The translations under genes and the position numbers were made by a program. DNA of 12,303 bases from a virus (Duplodnaviria > Heunggongvirae > Uroviricota > Caudoviricetes), in IMG/VR virus record IMGVR_UViG_2671180673_000008; one strand, written 5' to 3'. The notes beneath the pieces are model-generated. The model was not told where the DNA came from, did not search any database, and saw only the letters and a program-made list of their open reading frames with translations. This document shows positions 7,776-12,303 of the stretch, piece after piece (the stretch's first letter is position 1; the number at the start of each line of letters is the position of its first letter).

Positions 7776-7975
7776 CTGCGTGGCTCCTGTACCTGTCGGA
7801 TAAGATTCACCCGCGCCACGTTGGTGGCGCAGAAGTAAGTGCCGTCAGTGAGGTAGATGTGGTGTGCATCCTTTTCCGAACGATGTTTGTCGATAGTGGT
7901 AATCAGGCGTTCGTCGACCTCGTATTCGCGCCCTCTGGAGGTAAAGCGAACGACGGGAAAATGCTTAATTGCCAT
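7772..7975 (-). CDS. hypothetical early protein, 67 aa
   Basis: ATG at 7975 with GGGGG RBS. First of three translationally coupled genes. Confidence 0.5.
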   Translation of the reverse strand: MAIKHFPVVRFTSRGREYEVDERLITTIDKHRSEKDAHHIYLTDGTYFCATNVARVNLIRQVQEPRR

Positions 7976-7998
7976 TGCGCCCCCTTTGTCCAGTAACC

Positions 7999-8415
7999 CT
8001 ATGCGTTAAATACGGCACGTTGCGCGTCATCAATGAATACAGCTTGAGAGCGTTCTATCAGGCGGAGATTTGTCAGAAGCTCTGACTCCTTTGTGTGGTA
8101 AGGCGTTATCAGGTATTTGCCGTGCAGTTCGGCAATAATGGTGTATTGCGTCATTATTGCCGAACCAAGAATGTAAATGCGGCGTCCAATGCTGGACGGA
8201 TTCATGGCTGCAACTGTTGACTGTGTTTTAAGAGTGTCGATTTCTTTGCCCTGTTCCTCAATAATTTTGGCTGCGTCAGCGGTGATTTTTGCGATGGTCA
8301 GTGCGTGAAGTGCTGCCATATGTTGGCTACGCTTCACGGCATCTTTAGCCATTTCATCTTCCGCTTCTGATATTTTTTTTAATGTGTTGATAATGCCTTC
8401 TTCTTTTGCGTTCAT
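7999..8415 (-). CDS. hypothetical early protein, 138 aa
   Basis: ATG at 8415 with GGAG 6 nt upstream. Preceded by a ~90-bp AT-rich intergenic region that may hold an internal promoter. Confidence 0.6.
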   Translation of the reverse strand: MNAKEEGIINTLKKISEAEDEMAKDAVKRSQHMAALHALTIAKITADAAKIIEEQGKEIDTLKTQSTVAAMNPSSIGRRIYILGSAIMTQYTIIAELHGKYLITPYHTKESELLTNLRLIERSQAVFIDDAQRAVFNA

Positions 8416-8507
8416 TTTATATCTCCATTATTTACGTGTGCGAATACCTCCGTTAATACGGATGGTTTTCACGTTTTCTTATTTAATTTGATGTTTTATT
8501 TGTATCG

Positions 8508-8621
8508 TTATTCATCAGAGAAAAAACGCTCGATCTTTTTCACTGAATTAATAATTCGCATAATCCCAATGGCGCAGACCACCGAAATAATCAGAACAAG
8601 CCATGAGATAAATATACTCAT
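8508..8621 (-). CDS. small hydrophobic protein, 37 aa, single predicted TM helix; not in ORF track
   Basis: Hand translation from ATG at 8621..8619: MSIFISWLVLIISVVCAIGIMRIINSVKKIERFFSDE, stop TAA. Start overlaps the stop of the upstream 80-aa gene as ATGA. Confidence 0.45.
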   Translation of the reverse strand: MSIFISWLVLIISVVCAIGIMRIINSVKKIERFFSDE

Positions 8622-8860
8622 GCAATATTCCCCAGCTTATACGGTTCAATATGTTCCCCGCATTCTGCGGCACAGATCAGCTCGGAAAGTTCGTTAAGTG
8701 CATCCAGATCATCAGCGTAAAAAGCCACGTCATACAGACTCCGGATTGCCCTGGTCAATGAGTCACGGGCTGCACGTTCAGCATGAGCGCCTGATGCACT
8801 TAAGCGAAAATAAAAACGCTCAAGTGCTTTATTAATGAGAGTTTTATATTCTTTGCCCAT
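8618..8860 (-). CDS. hypothetical protein, 80 aa
   Basis: Internal ATG at 8860 (MGKEYKTLINKALERF...) with AAGGG about 8 nt upstream. The longer track ORF (to 8911) would overlap the preceding gene. Confidence 0.5.
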   Translation of the reverse strand: MGKEYKTLINKALERFYFRLSASGAHAERAARDSLTRAIRSLYDVAFYADDLDALNELSELICAAECGEHIEPYKLGNIA

Positions 8861-8871
8861 CGCAACGCCCT

Positions 8872-9150
8872 TTAATCTGCTTTCTGAATTTCTGCTTCTG
8901 AATCCATACAAATAATTTCGATATAGGGTTCATCGCCATTAGTCTTACGTGCTTTTTCCGCTTCGCTAATGATTTCGTGTACAGTCTGGTACGGAAGTTC
9001 TACGGTCAGGCGCGTGCCGTTCAGATAAACGTAAGTAGCTGCATTTTTTTCGGATGGAACGACTCCATCAATAGCTGATGCGCGTAATAACAGTTCACCG
9101 CGAAAATCAATAAAACGAATAAATACACCTTGTGCATGCTCTTTGGTCAT
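8872..9150 (-). CDS. hypothetical protein, 92 aa
   Basis: Internal ATG at 9150 (MTKEHAQGVFIRF...) with AGGTG just upstream. The track ORF start at 9210 is a TTG codon overlapping the previous gene. Confidence 0.5.
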   Translation of the reverse strand: MTKEHAQGVFIRFIDFRGELLLRASAIDGVVPSEKNAATYVYLNGTRLTVELPYQTVHEIISEAEKARKTNGDEPYIEIICMDSEAEIQKAD

Positions 9151-9160
9151 AAAGCACCTG

Positions 9161-9511
9161 TTATAAATCAGCCTGTTTAATAAAACTTTGTCCGCGAAGC
9201 AGACGATCAACTGTGCGAAGTGCTTCGTACAATGTGAAATCCTGCCCGAACTGATTGTCGCCGTTGCTCAGTGCAAAAATGCGGTTTCCGGTAAATGGGT
9301 TGCGCTGGCATCTGTGAACCACGATTCCTGCTTTTTCAATCAGCCAAGTGTGTTCACCAATTTGTTTTACTGGGTAGCCATCCGGCGTTGCGTGTGTTTC
9401 GCTCAGGCTGTAGCGAGAGTTGCTACGTGATGCACTGGTAGCGAAACGGTTAGCATGGCGTTCCGCACCGTTGCGGAAGCGCTGCTGTGAAGAATTGCGC
9501 TGTAGTTTCAT
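9161..9511 (-). CDS. hypothetical protein, 116 aa; first gene of the second leftward transcription unit
   Basis: ATG at 9511. Divergent from the 63-aa + strand gene across the AT-rich 9512..9648 region. Confidence 0.5.
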   Translation of the reverse strand: MKLQRNSSQQRFRNGAERHANRFATSASRSNSRYSLSETHATPDGYPVKQIGEHTWLIEKAGIVVHRCQRNPFTGNRIFALSNGDNQFGQDFTLYEALRTVDRLLRGQSFIKQADL

Positions 9512-9648
9512 ATTAAAACTCTGTACCTTCGGTAAGGTGTACTCGTGTCACCTTGTATTGATTTGTGGTATTTTTTTTGTGTGTCTAGGACTTGGACTGG
9601 CCGGTTCAGGTCCTGGCTTATGTTTAATTAAATTGTTAAGAGGTTTTC
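9512..9648. promoter_or_regulatory. divergent intergenic control region
   Basis: 137 bp, AT-rich, T8 tract, imperfect inverted repeat (AGGACTTGG...CAGGTCCTGG), between divergently oriented start codons at 9511 and 9649. Promoter elements not confidently placed. Confidence 0.4.
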
Positions 9649-9840
9649 ATGTCAGAAGATAAAAAAGTTGTTAATTTGTTGAGTGAACTTAGTGCTGCTC
9701 TGGATAACATTAACCCTCCCAGGGTAAAAACGACGGGTGATAAAGACGCATTAAACGCAGAGATTCATATATTACTGGCGTTAGTAACTGACAAAATTCA
9801 GCGTAAATACCCACCTGTCACACAACTGGTTGATTTTTAA
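9649..9840 (+). CDS. hypothetical small protein, 63 aa, opposite in orientation to the flanking early genes
   Basis: ATG at 9649 with AAGAGG 5 nt upstream. Ends 9 nt before a perfect hairpin. Confidence 0.55.
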   Translation: MSEDKKVVNLLSELSAALDNINPPRVKTTGDKDALNAEIHILLALVTDKIQRKYPPVTQLVDF

Positions 9841-9846
9841 TTTGAT

Positions 9847-10269
9847 TTATGCCGGGCTGCTCCCGGCATCTTCTAGCTGCCATAATGTCTCGTCACCTGA
9901 TAGAGCAAAACGAAATGAGTGAAGTATATCCTCCCGAGAGAAGCTCACGGCTACAGCTGCGGGAAAGTCAAATATAATCCCACCTTCATTTTTAAAACGA
10001 TTACGCAATTGATAGGCTATCGGTTTGATTTGTGCAGGAAGAGTATCTATATCTCTTCCATTGACAACAGAATCTTTGTTTTCAAGTACTGATTTAGCGA
10101 TTAGATATAGATGCCAGTAACTGGTTACAATTGTTACTCCTGTGATGTGTCGTAAATTAATTGCAATTCGTCCGTTATTATGTTTTTCCGCAAGGTATTT
10201 CAGGTTATCAATTAATGCTTGGTCATTTTTTGAAATAGTTATTGTGAAATCTGACGTGTTTGTTTTCAT
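9847..10269 (-). CDS. hypothetical protein, 140 aa, second gene of the cox-like operon
   Basis: Internal ATG at 10269 (MKTNTSDFTITISK...) 4 nt after the cox-like stop. The 221-aa track ORF overlaps the upstream gene. Confidence 0.5.
   Translation of the reverse strand: MKTNTSDFTITISKNDQALIDNLKYLAEKHNNGRIAINLRHITGVTIVTSYWHLYLIAKSVLENKDSVVNGRDIDTLPAQIKPIAYQLRNRFKNEGGIIFDFPAAVAVSFSREDILHSFRFALSGDETLWQLEDAGSSPA
9849..9869. terminator. 8-bp perfect hairpin between convergent genes; putative bidirectional terminator
   Basis: ATGCCGGG ctgct CCCGGCAT. Overlaps the stop codon of the - strand 140-aa gene. Flanks are A/T-rich on one side only. Confidence 0.4.
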
Positions 10270-10273
10270 ACGA

Positions 10274-10795
10274 TTAGTTGCCTCTGTTGTTTCTGAGTTG
10301 GTCCAGTTTTGAGCTTCTGCCTGTATAAACTCGCTTACCGTTAATGGTCTGGCAGTCTTCTTTATTAGCTGGAGAGAACTTCCTTTTCTGGCGGTCATAC
10401 GTCCAGTAACTTTTCCAGTTGTGCCATTCTGGGGGCTCGTGCTCTGGTAGCTCATCAGCCAACTTGTCCCACTCTTTGGCGTTAAACCACCATACTCCGT
10501 CTGAGTTTTCATCTTCCGGGTTTGTGCGCGTCTTGTGTCCCGGCATTTGACCGCGATGAATGGCTACGCGCAGTGCAGATTTTGTTAGCCCAATATATGC
10601 CGCGCCTTTTTCCAGAGAGCAAAGCCCGGCGATCGGACCATCCAGCCGCAAAGTCGCTCCTTTTTTGTAGGAACGCTTTTTCTTGTTTTCTTCGTGCTCG
10701 TCGTCGTTGGCGGCATCAATGGATCCGCTGAGTGCGTCACTTTCCTGAAGTGGTTGGTGGTCAGATAACTCTTTATCGGCAATGAAGTCCCGCAT
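10274..10795 (-). CDS. Cox/excisionase-like HTH protein with long N- and C-terminal extensions, 173 aa
   Basis: ATG at 10795 with AGAGGA 8 nt upstream. Divergent from the repressor across an operator palindrome. Central segment AAYIGLTKSALRVAIHRGQMP looks like the HTH region of P2 Cox as I recall it. Confidence 0.55.
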   Translation of the reverse strand: MRDFIADKELSDHQPLQESDALSGSIDAANDDEHEENKKKRSYKKGATLRLDGPIAGLCSLEKGAAYIGLTKSALRVAIHRGQMPGHKTRTNPEDENSDGVWWFNAKEWDKLADELPEHEPPEWHNWKSYWTYDRQKRKFSPANKEDCQTINGKRVYTGRSSKLDQLRNNRGN

Positions 10796-10856
10796 TTGTT
10801 ATCCTCTTGCGTTGGTGCGCTTGTCGCGCCTTGTGATGGTTTGTTTTGGCTTGTAA

Positions 10857-10909
10857 AGATAACCAAAAGGTTATCTTTGTGCGAGAGGTTAATACTCAAA
10901 TGGTTATCT
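10857..10909. promoter_or_regulatory. immunity-region operator: perfect 20-bp palindrome plus an extra half-site over the repressor start codon
   Basis: AGATAACC aaaa GGTTATCT at 10857..10876. A third GGTTATCT at 10902..10909 overlaps the ATG at 10900. Confidence 0.6.
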
Positions 10910-11241
10910 TGTCAATAGACTACGCAAAAAAGTTACGTCAGATACGTAAGGCGGAAGGGTTAACACAAAAGCAGTTTGCGGATATTACTGGGTTGTCTTT
11001 GGCAACCATAAGGAATTACGAATCGGGGCAAAAGAACGCTAGAGCAAAAATCGTTGAGGCGGTTCTGCAAGTCGATCGCTTTGAAAAATACATGCTGTGG
11101 CTAATAAAAGATAAGACGCTACCTGTCGCCGGGCAGATTGCTCCGGCTCTCTCTCTTGATGGATCTATTCAGTCGGAGGGCGATCAGGTTTCAATCGGTA
11201 TTACCCAAAAATCACCCCGATCAGGCCGCAATGTTGGCTGA
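10900..11241 (+). CDS. XRE-family HTH repressor (phage C/CI-type immunity repressor), 113 aa
   Basis: HTH signature LTQKQFADITGLSLATIRNYESG. ATG at 10900 with GAGAGG upstream. The track ORF start at 10846 is a TTG codon. Located immediately upstream of int on the same strand, as in P2. Confidence 0.7.
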   Translation: MVILSIDYAKKLRQIRKAEGLTQKQFADITGLSLATIRNYESGQKNARAKIVEAVLQVDRFEKYMLWLIKDKTLPVAGQIAPALSLDGSIQSEGDQVSIGITQKSPRSGRNVG

Positions 11242-11310
11242 CTCTACACATTGAGCGAATTACATATCGCAAGGAGTGTTTAGTTAATTTATCCGTTGGA
11301 GGGGCTAATC

Positions 11311-12303
11311 ATGTCGATTAAGCAACTCAAAGACGGACGTTATCAGGTCGATGTCAGACCGCAGGGGGCGGAAGGAAAGCGGATTCGAAAAATCTTTGCC
11401 CTGAAATCAAAGGCTCAGGAGTTTGAGAAGTATGTGTTACAGAACTTTCATGACAAGCCATGGCAGGCTAAGCCAGCTGATCAGCGGCGATTATCAGAGC
11501 TGCTTGATGCGTGGTGGATGCTTGATGGGCGTAATCAGGCTTACGGGGATAGCTACAGGGTTAGGCTAGGGAAGGTTGTTCGTGAAATGGGAGATCCTCG
11601 CGCCAGTCAGATGACGCGAAAATTTATGCTTGAATATCGGTCAGAGAAATTACAGGCCGGATTAATGCCGTCCAGTATTAATCGTGACTTATGCGTACTG
11701 TCTACCATGTTCACGGTGCTGATTGAAGCTGAGGTCTTTCACAACACGAACCCTGTACGCGGTATACGAAAACTGAAAGTTCAGAACACAGAGATGGCCT
11801 TTCTTTCTGATGATGAGATTGAACGGCTTCTTGAGCGACTGGAGGGTGATGCGCGTCGTGTTGCCATTCTGTGTCTTTCTACTGGTGCCCGATGGAGTGA
11901 AGCATCGGAACTACGTGGAGAGCATATCGTTGGCAACCGGGTGACGTTCTTTAACACCAAAAACGGAAAATCCCGTTCGGTTCCTGTGGCGGATTCGGTC
12001 GTGCCTCTGATTAAAACCCGTCGAACGGGGTTATTGTATCAGGTTGATTATCTGAAGTTCCGGGAGATTCTTCAGGAGGTGAAACCGGATTTGCCGAAGG
12101 GGCAGGCTACGCATGTCATGCGTCATACATTTGCCACACACTTTATGATGAATGGCGGAAATATTGTTACGTTGCAACGAATCCTGGGGCACGCAACGAT
12201 TCAGCAAACAATGACGTACGCTCATTTTTCGCCGGACTTTTTACTGGACGCGATCAACTTTAATCCGCTGGCTGAAAGTGTCCATAAACTGTCCATCGAT
12301 TAG
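11311..12303 (+). CDS. int: tyrosine site-specific integrase, P2 Int-like, 330 aa
   Basis: ATG at 11311 with GGAGG 8 nt upstream; the track start at 11296 is TTG. N-terminus MSIKQLKDGRYQVDVRPQG resembles P2 Int. C-terminal catalytic residues present (HVMRHTFATHF...LGHATIQQTMTYAHF). Stop TAG is the last codon of the window. Confidence 0.85.
   Translation: MSIKQLKDGRYQVDVRPQGAEGKRIRKIFALKSKAQEFEKYVLQNFHDKPWQAKPADQRRLSELLDAWWMLDGRNQAYGDSYRVRLGKVVREMGDPRASQMTRKFMLEYRSEKLQAGLMPSSINRDLCVLSTMFTVLIEAEVFHNTNPVRGIRKLKVQNTEMAFLSDDEIERLLERLEGDARRVAILCLSTGARWSEASELRGEHIVGNRVTFFNTKNGKSRSVPVADSVVPLIKTRRTGLLYQVDYLKFREILQEVKPDLPKGQATHVMRHTFATHFMMNGGNIVTLQRILGHATIQQTMTYAHFSPDFLLDAINFNPLAESVHKLSID

Noticed and set aside
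8488-8697. 69-aa + strand ORF
   Set aside because: Antisense to the translationally coupled 80-aa and 37-aa - strand genes; no RBS.
10585-10899. 104-aa - strand ORF and the 69-aa + strand ORF at 10522..10731
   Set aside because: Both overlap the Cox-like gene (which has a strong RBS) in other frames; the 104-aa ORF also runs across the operator palindrome.
1-12303. CRISPR arrays, tRNA or rRNA genes, LexA boxes
   Set aside because: No regularly spaced direct repeats, no tRNA-like cloverleaf candidates, and no convincing CTGT-N8-ACAG motif in the promoter-proximal regions I scanned by eye.

Overview
The window looks like the immunity/replication arm of an integrated P2/186-like temperate element in an enterobacterial genome, read right to left. 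At the right end are a tyrosine integrase and an HTH repressor on the + strand, facing a Cox-like gene across an operator palindrome. Leftward on the - strand run a string of small, partly translationally coupled early genes, a 320-bp structured non-coding island, and a 940-aa P2 gpA-type rolling-circle replication initiator. Directly downstream of gpA sits a plasmid-type parM/parR actin-like partition locus with two hairpin-containing repeats. Convergent on it is an AT-rich two-gene cassette of membrane proteins of unknown function, in the position where P2-like phages carry defence cargo; this is the best candidate for an undescribed system. The left 538 bp is the end of an IS186-like insertion sequence, 36 bp upstream of that cassette. 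All homology calls are from reading the translations against remembered protein families; no searches were run.
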